64,000 nucleotides of DNA from Takakia lepidozioides. Its lineage: Eukaryota; Plantae; Bryophyta. Positions 1 to 11,330 of this stretch are shown here, in pieces; positions within the stretch are counted from its first letter, which is position 1; each line of letters opens with the position of its first letter. Position numbers and translations under genes: made by a program. The DNA is taken from positions 77,934,001-77,998,000 of the forward strand of contig CM060731.1 in NCBI GenBank assembly GCA_030704615.1. The letters run 5' to 3'. The notes under the pieces were generated by a model. That model did no database searches. It was not told the origin of the DNA and saw nothing but the letters and a program-made list of their open reading frames with translations.

Positions 1-141
1 ATTCACCAAATATGGATGATATAAATGGATGAAAGTACATAGGAAGATGATTCTATCCAAATTTTCAATGGATGAACAGAATATATAGCTATTTCTTGTA
101 GCCACTCGTGCTATTTTTCAAATTTAAGAAAAAAATCACTG
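1..141 (-). mobile_element. Partial copy of the hAT-type MITE family (same family as 4108-4408), inverted, cut by the window edge
   Basis: Its reverse complement begins CAGTGATTTTTTT and shares the GCACGAGTGG, TTCTGTTCATCCA and TCATCCATATT blocks with the 4108-4408 copy. Confidence 0.7.
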
Positions 142-1949
142 CATACGACGCTAGGGCACCATGAGCTTGCAGTGAGCCTAGGCTCACATTTGCCCACTTG
201 GCTTATTTTGGGCCCATGCTAATAAATGTGTCTATCATCGTGGACATGGCCCCACTATATACCAGGAAACAACTTCGAACAACACCGAATTTTGACATAT
301 AAATTGAAATAAATATTAGACTTGTATACTTAATACAGTCCATTGTAGGCAACAACAATGTATTAGAAAAGGATCAGCCTCTGTATAGGACAATGTACGT
401 TGATGAATATAATCGTCTTGTTTAGGGTCGCAAAATATTTCGATTAAAAAAATGTAGTATAAACGCTTACATGGGATATATTTCGATCTTTTGTCAAATT
501 TTCAGATAGCATAGAAATGAAATTTGGACAGCTGCAATTAGAAACATTTGTCACAGTGATGTCATAGCTCTTGTCCTACAGAACAGATTCGGAAGTGACG
601 ATTGTGTGTACCCATCCATATCGTGGAGAGATCGTGGAGGAGGAACATCCATGAAACGAGTCTCACTCGTGCGATGACTATTCTTGCATAATCCATTTTG
701 CAAGGTTGTGGGTTTTGTTTTTTCCTCCACATGTCTAGCATGACTTCCACTTTTGGGACTCGCACGACTTTTGTCATATAGTCTACGTTCTACAGTCGTC
801 ATTTTACAGTCCTTTCATGTTGGAAAAAATGGATATTATGAGAGGTTTAGGCTAGCCACAAAAAATGCGTGCGTTAATTGACACATGCATTTTGCCAACA
901 AACCCAAATCTTTCACATCGTCTGTTATCCTGTCTTTTTATTGGTAGGCTCTTCCAATAGATAGCAGAGATGATATGAAAGGTTTGGAGTAGTTGGAAAA
1001 TGTATCTGTCTATTGCCCGATATACTATTGAGATCTTTGCTATGTTGCAGCAGAAACAATACTGAGAGGTTGGGTTTGCTGCAAAATATATGTGCGTTGA
1101 TACATACCTTATTTTCAATAACTCCAAATCATCTCTGCTGCTTGGGTACTATTGAGCTTTTTGTTATATTGCAGTAGAGAGAATAAAATATGTTTGGGGT
1201 TGCTACAAAGCATGTCATGTCACAAAAATCCTTACTAACATTCTCCTACAAAGCAAAAAAAATCAGTTGGAATGCCTGCTCATAAGATTTGGAGGTTCTG
1301 ATTGTAGCTATACGCAACTGTTCTCAAGAAAATCTTGTAAAGCTCATCAAAGATTTTGACACCACGTGCGGCTGAATATGGATCGAATTATGTTATGCTT
1401 TGCTTAGTTAGACATTGGCACAATTTGGTCCACGTGCCTTCCCGTGGAATGGGCCATCACTTAGTCACGCGCTAGCGTTTTGTCGATGCCTAAAGACAAG
1501 GAGCCTGAACTTTGACCTATTGATCGCGACGAGGAACACAACTAACATCATCGCAAAAAATTATGAGCTCCAACATCCAAACTCATCTTCATTTGGGCCT
1601 CTTAGATTTATATTGCGCGAGCTAAACCATCCTGATTCGTTTTTGGTTCGCTAGATTGTCCATTTCCTTTATTGTGCTCAATTATCACCTTCTTTTGTTG
1701 GGGATGTATTCTGGTTGTTTGTTTAGCTGTGTTTTCTTTTGTTATTCTGCGGTGGCATCGCTTCGTTTTTTTATGTTACGTTATAAATATGGGACAGAGG
1801 CCCAGAATATCGATTAATAAAATAATATGGAAAACATAATCATGTGAGGCAGTGAAGGCTTACACTGGGATACCACCCCTAGCCAAATGAGTCCAGAATA
1901 AGTTCGAAACAGAGATAACGACAAGTTAAAAAAAATGAAGTGGCCGATA

Positions 1950-3530
1950 GTAACCTATTAAGACAAGTCTTTGTATCGAGAGTGGCGTAGAAAGACCAGA
2001 ATGGGAAAACATAGCAAACGAGAAAGAAACAACTTCTAACAAGAAATGATAGAGTCATAGAGAACTCTGCATAATTAGAACTTCGTGTTAACCTCAGGGT
2101 CTCTTCAACGACGGTGGCGCAACCGGTTCAGTTCCCCCTCATCCTCTTTTGCTGGCAATCTCCAAAGCGAGCAAGCCGCCCTGCCCCAGTTGATATCAAA
2201 TTCTTTGAGAAGCTGCATACGCTAGTGTTCAGAAGCTCTGGGAATAGTTGCACCTACAAAGCCCAAGCTGTCCGCCCCTTCGTCACAAAAATCGATCTGA
2301 TGCTAGGGGGTAGATTCCAAAAATGAAATCACATTTGGACTTCCACAAGTGCCTTCATGTAAGGGTCTAAGTTCTTCTTGGTTACAGTACATTCAGAGAA
2401 AAGATCGGTGGGGAGGAGCAAGAGAGAATAAGCTCTCTTAATTAGAATAGATCACATTGTATTGGCATGAGGTCAATTAACGAAGCAGTGCTCAAGGGAT
2501 TCCTCTGCTCTGAAAGTGGCACAGAAAAGTTAGACAAGGTTAGCATTTTCTAGGACAAATTTAACATTCACAATTTTGTTGACAATTTTCGAAAGGAAGA
2601 CACTAATATTTTGAAGCCCTATCCTTTCTCCAGACATCTTTCCAAACAACCTTCTAATTGAGAGCCTCCACTGGTACTCCATACGGCCTACGAGGTTATT
2701 TTTTCATTGTTCTAGTTTGATTAACTACACTTCGTTCCTATCTTCTTCTTCTTTTTCTTTTTTTTTTAGCAAAAGGAGGTGCGGTGGCCTCGACTAACTT
2801 TTTGTAGGTGGACTCATAAGGAGTACAAAGATTGTTTGGTGGAAAAAGTAACCACCAAGAAGGCCGTGGAGGCTTACTGTGGGGAAACTACCCCATCGGC
2901 AGAAGACATAAAACAAGCTAAAGCTTAGAGGGAAACTTTCCTGAAACAATTGATCTAGTAAGGGAGTAGCAGATAGGAAGAATGGCGAAAAAAGAGAAAG
3001 ATGGTGAGAAGGAGAAAAGAAGTCCTTGAGCTGAACCTATTTGTGATGGATTCAAACTCGCAAGGGCTAGAGAAAGCACGACAAGAAAGCTTGGAGCTTG
3101 GTTAGGAAAGCAAACCGTAGAAAAACTAAAGTCATTATCCAGTGAAAGAATAGTGTCAACAACTTGCAAAACTGCCGCATTAAGTTTGAAATAAGATCCT
3201 CTTCTTATTCTAGCATTGGGAGAGGAAAGCTTACAAGTTATCTCAATGTGGTCAAAGTCGGATAAAATTGGGCCAATAGGCATTTGCTTACACCATCCAC
3301 CAATAGATGCAGAGGCATTAAATCTGACTAATCGTGCCATGCAAAAAGTAAAAGAAAATGATGATGCTTCTCTAAAGAAGCGCAAATTATGGTGTCTCTT
3401 TCCCAAAGATTATTGCCTTCCCTTGAAAAGTGGACACTTTGAACCCTAAATCACCTATATTGTCCATGCATAGACAACATGCAAAACAAGCCAGCCAAGT
3501 GAGAGAGACCCACCACTCCCTTACAAAGCT
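1950..3530 (-). mobile_element. Degenerate LINE (non-LTR retrotransposon) ORF2 remnant
   Basis: Minus-strand translation gives an endonuclease C-terminal-like segment (LSDFDHI...YFKLN, ORF 2918-3406) and a zf-RVT-like segment (C..FRAEESLEHCFVN*PHA, ~2460-2530) with stops; boundaries approximate. Confidence 0.55.
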
Positions 3531-4107
3531 CTCCCAAGCCAATCATATTTGCCAAGCTTAGTTTATCTCCTAAAACTAAAAGATAAAATAACATTATTAC
3601 TATTTGAAAGAAACCTAAAACATTATCATTCTGATAGGCTTCTGATAGTAATCTGAAGTTTGTCCTCAGCCTTCATGGCTTACTACCCTTTCATCTTACC
3701 CTTTCAATAAAGTTAAAAAAGGGCTGCAATCCCCCTTTTAAAAAAATTTAAAAGAAAAGTTTGGTTGCTTACCAAAGATCACCTCGAATTGACTGCGAAG
3801 TGAGTTAAATGGCACAGGGTAAAGGAGCTGGCTATAGCGTACATGTAAGGTTTCGCCAGAGTCTTGCAGTTTTGCCTCCTGCCGGCTCCGGCTACAAAGG
3901 GGCCCGGAACATTCACGGTGCCGTGAGATGTGTCCTCTTACAGTGAACAAGTACGGACTGCGAAAGGCGCCCAGCTGCAAGCTGGCTTTATATACTAGGC
4001 AGTCCCTCGCCTACAGCGCAAACGATATGGGATATATGCGTACCTATCAAATATGGATAAAGTTCCCATCGAACTTTATCCATACAGGGCCCGGCGCGCT
4101 TCCCGAG

Positions 4108-4408
4108 CAGTGTTTTTTTCAAGAAATTTGGAAAACAGCACGAGTGGGTACAGAGTTGCTAGCGATACATTCTGTTCATCCATTATATTTCATCCATCCA
4201 TGTACTTCAATTCATTTATCATCCATATTCGGTGAATTCATCCATAATTTATTTTTTATTGGGAGAAATTTGGTGATTTCATCCATGAAAAACGGGAAAT
4301 TTTCGACAGAATATTCTATTTTATTTTTTGAGTTCGAAATCTGGCGAAAATTCGCCAGTATAAAAACCGCAAAAAAAAACAGAAAAAACTAAAAAAAAAA
4401 AACCGCTG
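4108..4408 (+). mobile_element. Non-autonomous hAT-type DNA transposon (MITE), 301 bp
   Basis: Perfect 8-bp target-site duplication TTCCCGAG at 4100-4107 and 4409-4416; imperfect TIRs CAGTGTTTTTTT / AAAAAACCGCTG; internal TCATCCA repeats; related copies at 1-141 and ~47487-47720. Confidence 0.85.
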
Positions 4409-4554
4409 TTCCCGAGTGGACCACTTCTTAATTAATTAGTTCATTAGTTTTTGGAAGTGCTTCATTAATTAATTTGCGTTATAATGTTATAATAGTATGA
4501 GAACATAGAGGACTGCTTGCTATGCTGTATGGGAACATGAGAACGTGGATTATT

Positions 4555-4562
4555 TAGGGTTT
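4555..4562 (-). promoter_or_regulatory. Telo-box (AAACCCTA) upstream of the RPS5 start codon
   Basis: TAGGGTTT ~190 nt upstream of ATG 4749; telo-boxes are typical of plant ribosomal protein genes, but an 8-mer can occur by chance. Confidence 0.4.
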
Positions 4563-4748
4563 AACAAGCTTCGAGCTATGGCGGATTTCGGTCAAAGATA
4601 TTTGAGGCAAGTCGCGCGAGGTAGTGCATGAGCAGACTGCGTATAAAGGACATTTCGGTAGTAATGTGGCGGAGGAATGTGATGGTTGCAGCTTGAGTGT
4701 GAAGGTCTGCTGCGGAGAGAAGAGCTGTGGCGGGGGAGGCAGCCTTCG

Positions 4749-7700
4749 ATGTGGGGTGCTAGAGGAACAGCATGGCGGATTTATCAAAGGGCTCGAAGGC
4801 GGGGGCAGGATCAGGAGGAGTCGCTATGGACGAGTTTGGAAAGTTTGGTACGCAATGTGAGCTCGGATATTCGATCCGGTCCTGCCCAATGTGTTAGGGA
4901 GAATGCAGGTTACGCAGTTTCGACGTTATCTTCTAAGGAAGAGATTGTGTCTGCTACGGGTTGGGCATCACAGACCTGCATTGGGGACTTCTCAGCAATT
5001 CAGGGAGTTGCCCAATTCAATGCTGGTGATGCCTCTGACCAGTCTCAAAGAAATTTAAAATCTTGATCCCCGTCTCACCTCCAATCCTCACCGGTTCTTA
5101 ATTGCTTTGCGTAAGGAATGTAGCACTATCGATTTTCCAGATTGTCCCTGGCCTCCCTGCCACTGTCATAATTCTTCAGTTCTTTTAAAGGCCCCTTTGA
5201 GTGGACGTTTGCTGGCAGCGCTGTTTCCTCCCACATGATCGCCTATCAGACCGATTGGGTTTTAGGGTTTAGGGGCTAGATTTCTGTCAGATGGGAGATG
5301 ATAGATGTCAATGTGTCGGTGAGACGATGTAAGAGGAAAGCTCCACCTAATAGGGATGCATTCTTCGGACAATCGAACCAAACAGTCTTTTCCGAGGGGC
5401 GCTTGCAGGGAGAGGCTGTGGCTGGCAACAAAGGGGGAATGAGTATGGTGGCTCAAGACAGAAGGGGCTCAAGACTATGTATATGCGCGAGCAGGGCTTG
5501 GTACTCCTTATCACCCTTTAGCATAGATGGAACATTCGTATTCACTCTACGTAGCTCACTGGAATTGACTGCAGCAGGGATTTGATCGCCCTTGGGTTTC
5601 CACTGTATGCATGACCTTGTAGAATTTGATCTCCTTCATTCATTTCAAATGAGGTAGCCATAAGACTACGACAAAAAATTGTCTTGCAAGGACAATGTTG
5701 TCTTGACATCATATTGACCCATGGTTTATCCTGCAGGTAGTAAGCTCTGCTTTATCAAATTCACTACTCAAAAATGGCCTGAAAAGGGACGGTCTTACTA
5801 TGGGTAGGTTCTTTGTGCACTATATTCTCCTTATTTATTGTGCAAATTTCTAAACAATCTTTCTTCCCTCGGTATCAAAACGCTTTGCTGTTTCTTGTCA
5901 CTGCAGAGTCGTACGTTGAACTTTCCTCACAGTTGTTCAGCTGCGTCTCTCCTTACCCTGGCAGTAAATAGAAATGGGGAGCACTGAAACAAGAGGAGGT
6001 CATCATGGGAGTGAAAGAAGAGGAGGTGCCTATCTTAATGAAACAAGAGGAGGTAATTATGGGAGTAAAACACGAGGAGGTGCCTATGTTAGTGAAACAA
6101 GAGGAGGAGAATGGTTCTTCTGGTGTTGGTTCCTTATCAAAGGCTTTACCAACGTCTAATGGCCAAGAGAACTCTGATTTGAAAGAAGAAATCAGAATTT
6201 GCTACTGTGGATGTGTAAGCCATCTCACCAGGGTGACAAAACTCAACTACAACCATGGCAGACTGTTTTTCGGTTGTGGGGCATGGACACCCTCTGCAGG
6301 ACGAAAATGTGAGTTTTTTGAGTGGTATGATGAAGATGAAGGGCACATGAATGGGCAGGGGAAGACAATGGGCATGGAAACAGAATATCTCCTCAATTGA
6401 ATATGGAAAGAAGGGAGAGCCTGAAAAGAAAGCATAGGAAAGAAGTCACCCAGGGGGACTTTTGGTATGTGCGTGATTCAGATCACAGTGTTCGATGGTT
6501 CTCGTCAGAAGGATTGGAAAAGAGTCCTATGAGGGCCAGGGGAGTGGATGTTGAGGATGAGAATGAGGAGAGCATAGAAGAAGCTCCTGAAGTCGGCTCT
6601 GGAGACCGACGTTCCCCGTCCCTCAGTCTAACCTCCCAATTGCAGGGTGTTCCTCGTAGAAGGCAACGGTTCCTGTTACAAAAGGCTCTAAAAATCCGAA
6701 CTGTTGAGGAGGAAGGAAGGCCCCAGAGAAGAGTAAGCCTTCTTTGGCACCCATCAAGTTGCATTGGCTGGGTTGGTTGCTGGCTGTTAGTCTGGAGTTT
6801 CATCAGGTCTGACAACAGAGACATTAACGTATTTCCTGATTATTCAGAAACTGAAGCATGGAGCTTCAGAGATGGGAGGCATGTTCAGAAACTAACCACG
6901 CTGTAGATTTATCGATGTTCTACCTCGGTGACAGTAGTTTTGTAATGTTGTGAATTTAAACTTGGCAGTACTTAATGTATTGTATAGTGTGTCCGCTTCC
7001 TGATCTGTGATTTTCCAAGTTGCAAGTGTCTCAATCTGGTATTGTTTACTCTTTTTCCTGTACATTGATGAATGGAAGATTTTGATAATGAGTTCTTTTG
7101 GACTTTTACAACATTCTTCCAATCACTTACAGCGAGGTTGCTGGGTGGTTGGGCAGGGTTTTACAATGAAAGTTGTTGATGTAAATCGCACCTGCAAAGT
7201 GACAAAGGTGTGCTGTTGGTGCCACCCATCTTATCCTGTCGCCAATATTGTACTCTCATGCTTATAATTGTATGGGCTAAGTGAGCCTTATGTTCATAGA
7301 AGATTTTGTCCTTCAAGGTGATTGGTTGGCATTTAAGCCTCCCAATTATCATCATTTTCACTGCACCATGCTGTCTCCTTTTCTTCTCAACAGTTAGGTG
7401 CTATGGGTGTTAGAACAGTAAGAGCACAGCCCCGTCTTGCCTTGTAGAGGTTTAGGGTTTGATCTTGGACTAGATCGAGTCTAGCAAGAACTTTGTGTCT
7501 CTCGCCCTCTGTCACTTGCCCTCTAGGCCAGAGATCAAGTCACCTATGGCTGAGAAACATTACATGGAGTGTCATGTGTTTCATTGGGTAGTAGGCTGCC
7601 ACCTTGTTTGAAATGTGTATGTTCTTAGCAGATCCTCTGAAAGTCTATGACCCAATGTGGGAGGGATGGGTGCAGGGAGGAGGCATTTTGAACTTCACTG

Positions 7701-10256
7701 CACTGGTGATTTGTGGGAACAACGATGGCGTTGCAGGCTTTGGCAAGGGCAAGTCGGCAGAGATATCTGCTGCAGTGGACAAGGTAGAGTGCTCAAGCTT
7801 ACCAACATGGACTATTAGATCAATGTCATTTGCATTTTTCCTCAGTAAGTTTTTGTATATCTACTAAGTATCATCACCGCTTTAGCATAATCCCTTTACT
7901 TCCGTTTTCATCATGTTCTGCTTAAGGTGCTTCCTGAATGATAGGATGCTCGGATTGACCCTGAAACTCCCTCTTTTGGTTATTTGTATCTGTGATACTG
8001 TGGTTTAGATTTTAGACCCTGTTACAGCTTGAATGCAGGGAATGAGTATTATGTAATCGATTGTGTCCACCTTGTCCATGTATATGGGTAGATGGCTGAT
8101 TGATGGGTCTTTCTTTGTGGTGGCTTGGCAGGCCTATGCAAGGGCTCTTCGGAATTTGCATTACTTTGAGAGATATAAGGGCCACACGATCTTTCATGAG
8201 CAAAACTCCAAGTATGGGAAAACCAAGGTATGTCTGCAAGTAGTCTAACAGATAGAGGCAGAAGAATAAGAGATAAAGGAAGAAATATGTTATGTCCACA
8301 GGAGGGACAGAGAATGAGAGTCAGCAAAGGAATGTGGTCTGTGTTGTCGTGGGAATGTAGGCTAGGCCTTCAAGAATAGTCCATCCGGGATACTTGACCC
8401 TCCTAGATTCTGTAAAGTGCAGCATATGAAGGTTCATCAGAATAATCCCAAAATTGCTATTCCACTCATGCAGAGGTGCTAACAATAAGGTTGTAGGCTC
8501 TTAAGGGTTAACATTGCATCATACCAAGGCCAAAGAGGACATAGCATATGCAGAGTAGACAATACGAAGGAGACATTGTAGAGTGAGAGAGCGAGAGACA
8601 AACCAAAATTATAATGTCCATGGGGAGCTCAAAGAGCTTATGGGACAGAAGAAAGCAGGTTACAAGAAAGAGAGTGGGCCCCTTAACAAGCCCTTAACAA
8701 ATATTCATCAAGAGATTCTCTGCGATGGAAAGCTTTACGTGGATATCCTTTGAAGCATTTCTGATCTTCATAATGAAAAACCTCGCAAGGATTGGTTGTT
8801 CTGGAATATGCAATAGTATCGTCTGGGGACTGCATAGTAGACAGAAAGAAGAAATGTTCTTCAGTCTTGCTCTCCCCTCTGTCATCTGGAGCTCAAACCA
8901 CCGGGCGCGAGCGATCAGCACAAGTCAGACTCCAGCTGTAATTATTTGTGCCATTTTTTTGGCAAGTTGGGTCCGTTGTTTGACACCCATAGAGAGTGTG
9001 CTGGGTGCTTTCTGCCAAATCTTATGACTCTAGAGTTAGATATCCAAATCATGCATTGTCACTTTAACACATTATAGGACTAAACTCTTGGTATTTCCTT
9101 GAATGTGCAGATCTACATGTGGCCTGCGCAGTCAGGTACAGGGATGAGGGCCAGCCATACTGTTGGAGGCATTTTACGATTGGCCGGATTCAAGGATGTG
9201 AAGACGAAGGTAGGTGGTGCCTTTCGCAGTACTTAGTAAGTGAAATGTCCTCGGAAGGAATCTACCTAGGCAGTTTCGAACGTAAGAGCAGTGCTATCGT
9301 ATGCTGATTCGGTGGACATTTCTGACACGCAAATTCCTGGATAAACCAGAGAGGGCTCATCTCTGTTGTACCATTTTCGTGATGTCGTGGCTGATCCAAT
9401 GTGTTGACTGACACTTGCCATTTTATGGTAAGTTCAGAAAAAGGAGTCCCAGTCATACTGACTAAAATTTTATTTCCTGCTTGCAGGTAGTGGGTTCACG
9501 GCATCCCCACAACACAGTGAAAGCTGTCTTCAAGGCTTTGAGTGAGGTGAGTAACTGAGAGCAGACTTTTCTCTTGGCACCGCGGACCAAGCTTTATTGG
9601 CAACTATGTTCCCACATAGTTCTTTTGCAGAAGAGGTTTCCATGCATGATTTGACAGATTGTCATTGAGCAGGTTCTTTCTTGGCAAGTGTCCCACACAG
9701 TACCCGTGAGTACTGGTTTTCAACATGTTGTCTGTTTGTGAAGGTTCTATTAAACTCGCATTTGAGCCTCTTGACCTAGAGAACCTCTTTGGCTTTTTCC
9801 ATGTCACTCTCGGATATTGAAATCACAACGAATTGTGTAATAGATTAATAACCAACCGCTTGCAACTGGTTTCTTCCAAAGCACTGACTTTGACATACCT
9901 GTACAGAAAAGAGTTCCTACCTATGTGGTAGTATGTGGGTCTATAAGCTCGTGGCTTTTTCATTTATTATTGCATTTAGACCAATAACCATGGCCCTGTT
10001 GAAGTTCACATATATATATATCTCTAGAAATGAAGTAAACATTTGGAAACTGCAAGCAAGTAAACCAGCTTTTGTCGTTGAAGGTGTAGATTGGATGGCA
10101 TTTCTTCCTTGATAAGTGCCTAGACGTTAGTCTTATCACTTGGTTGATTGATTGTCACAGATCGAATCTCCAGAAGAGGTAGCAGAGCGGAAAGGACGTG
10201 AGTTGGTCCAATCTCGTGTACGAATCCGGGCAGGTCCAAACCCAGAAATGGCATAA
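4749..10256 (+). CDS. RPS5: Mitochondrial small-subunit ribosomal protein S5 (uS5m), 8 exons
   Basis: Exons 4749-4908, 6482-6732, 7157-7207, 7676-7783, 8132-8227, 9111-9209, 9487-9546, 10161-10256 join in frame with GT-AG introns. S5 domain GFTMKVVDVNRTCKVTKGGGILNFTALVICGN...GFGKGK...VVGSRHPHNTVKAVFKAL. Arg-rich N-terminus with VRWFSS resembles a mitochondrial presequence. Exon 1 assignment is the least certain part. Confidence 0.88.
6005..6400 (+). CDS. GRF-type zinc finger ORF nested in RPS5 intron 1 (possibly a pseudogene or TE-derived)
   Basis: CYCG...NHGRLFFGC...CEFFEWYD matches the zf-GRF pattern; preceded by KQEEV-type repeats; in-frame TAG at 5969-5971 upstream. Confidence 0.6.
   Translation: MGVKEEEVPILMKQEEVIMGVKHEEVPMLVKQEEENGSSGVGSLSKALPTSNGQENSDLKEEIRICYCGCVSHLTRVTKLNYNHGRLFFGCGAWTPSAGRKCEFFEWYDEDEGHMNGQGKTMGMETEYLLN
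8590..9000 (-). mobile_element. 5'-truncated non-LTR retroelement 3' end in an RPS5 intron (family shared with 52700-53190 and ~24100-24170)
   Basis: Minus strand reads DDRGESKTEEHFFF, similar to CPACARDDRREIETEEHFFHCPLY at ~52900-53010; shared block TATGGGACA..AAAGCAG..TACAAGAAAGAGAG.GGGCCC. Confidence 0.6.
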
Positions 10257-11256
10257 TATCATCAATGTGGTGTTGGAACATTTGACCAGTAATATGACAT
10301 CTCATCATCCATCTGTGCTCTTCTCTGAGCTCAGATCTGGAGATAGGCTATCAATGTTGGGATCACCGACAAAAGAGGGTAGAAAGTCCATATGCTTGTC
10401 CTATAATACATGGCACAATGTCAATGCAGTGTGCTTGAGGTGTTGAGCTGTCGCTGTTCAGCTGGTCATCCTAGCCACTCACTCCGTTAGTCTCTTCAAG
10501 GAAATTTTGACTCTTTATGGTCCGTCACCCAGGTCTTGTCCTGAACAGAAAGAGAGAGGGATGACAGTCAAGCATAAATAAGATCTTCTCCTCGGGGGTG
10601 CCGGGCCCTCATGGTCAGAGAATAGAATGGAAGTTTGCGTTTTTGGCCATCTTGCAATCTACTTAAAAATTAGAAAAGATCAGATCCACTACTCCAAAGT
10701 CCACTAGCTCACCTGGCTTTCCTCCGAGTTCTTTGACCCCCTTTGCCCAAATTGGGCTATGGCATCCCTTGTTTTGAGTTTATAAATCCTTCTCTCTCTT
10801 TATAAATTCACTGGACGTTAAAGAAACTTTATCTTATCTGTCTTGTTACCGAGGCGAAAGCTCCACGACAGTCACAGTGAAAAGTGAAAAGGCGAGTCCG
10901 TTAGTACAAGTTTGTGGGCCCTTGAGGGCCATAACGGACGGCTACAGACGGTTGGAACTTGTCCTATGTGGTGGTCCCTGTTGACGGAACTGTCTTGTTG
11001 CATGACACGACATAGTGTGCCATATCTCTTGGTGTCCCATATCTCTTGGTGTCCCTGACGGGACAATGTCACATCAGCACCTATAGCGGAGTCCGAAGTT
11101 TCACCGCGGTCCTATGGGATGGTAGTAGGAGTTTACCTAGCATTGCACCGGACATGTTTAGGACCCTTTAGGTTTCGCACTGCTCCAAAATTCTCTTTCG
11201 TAAACATAGTGACATCCGCAAGCATACTACTACATATATGTGGACACGTTATGACA

Positions 11257-11330
11257 ACCAGCATGTAGCCCAGTGGTAATGGGCACATACCACATTGGAT
11301 GTGGTTGTGGGTTCAAACCACGGTTTGGTG
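11257..11330 (+). mobile_element. tRNA-like sequence, probably a SINE head or tRNA pseudogene
   Basis: A-box/D-arm TAGCCCAGTGGTAATGGGC and B-box/T-arm GTGGGTTCAAACCAC; acceptor and anticodon stems are imperfect. Confidence 0.45.

Noticed and set aside
10894-10945. Hairpin GTCCGTTA...GGCCCTTGAGGGCC.TAACGGAC as a Helitron 3' end
   Set aside because: No adjacent CTRR terminus or matching 5' end could be identified
11257-11330. Functional tRNA gene
   Set aside because: Acceptor and anticodon stems do not pair properly and no clear anticodon is present; kept only as SINE-like
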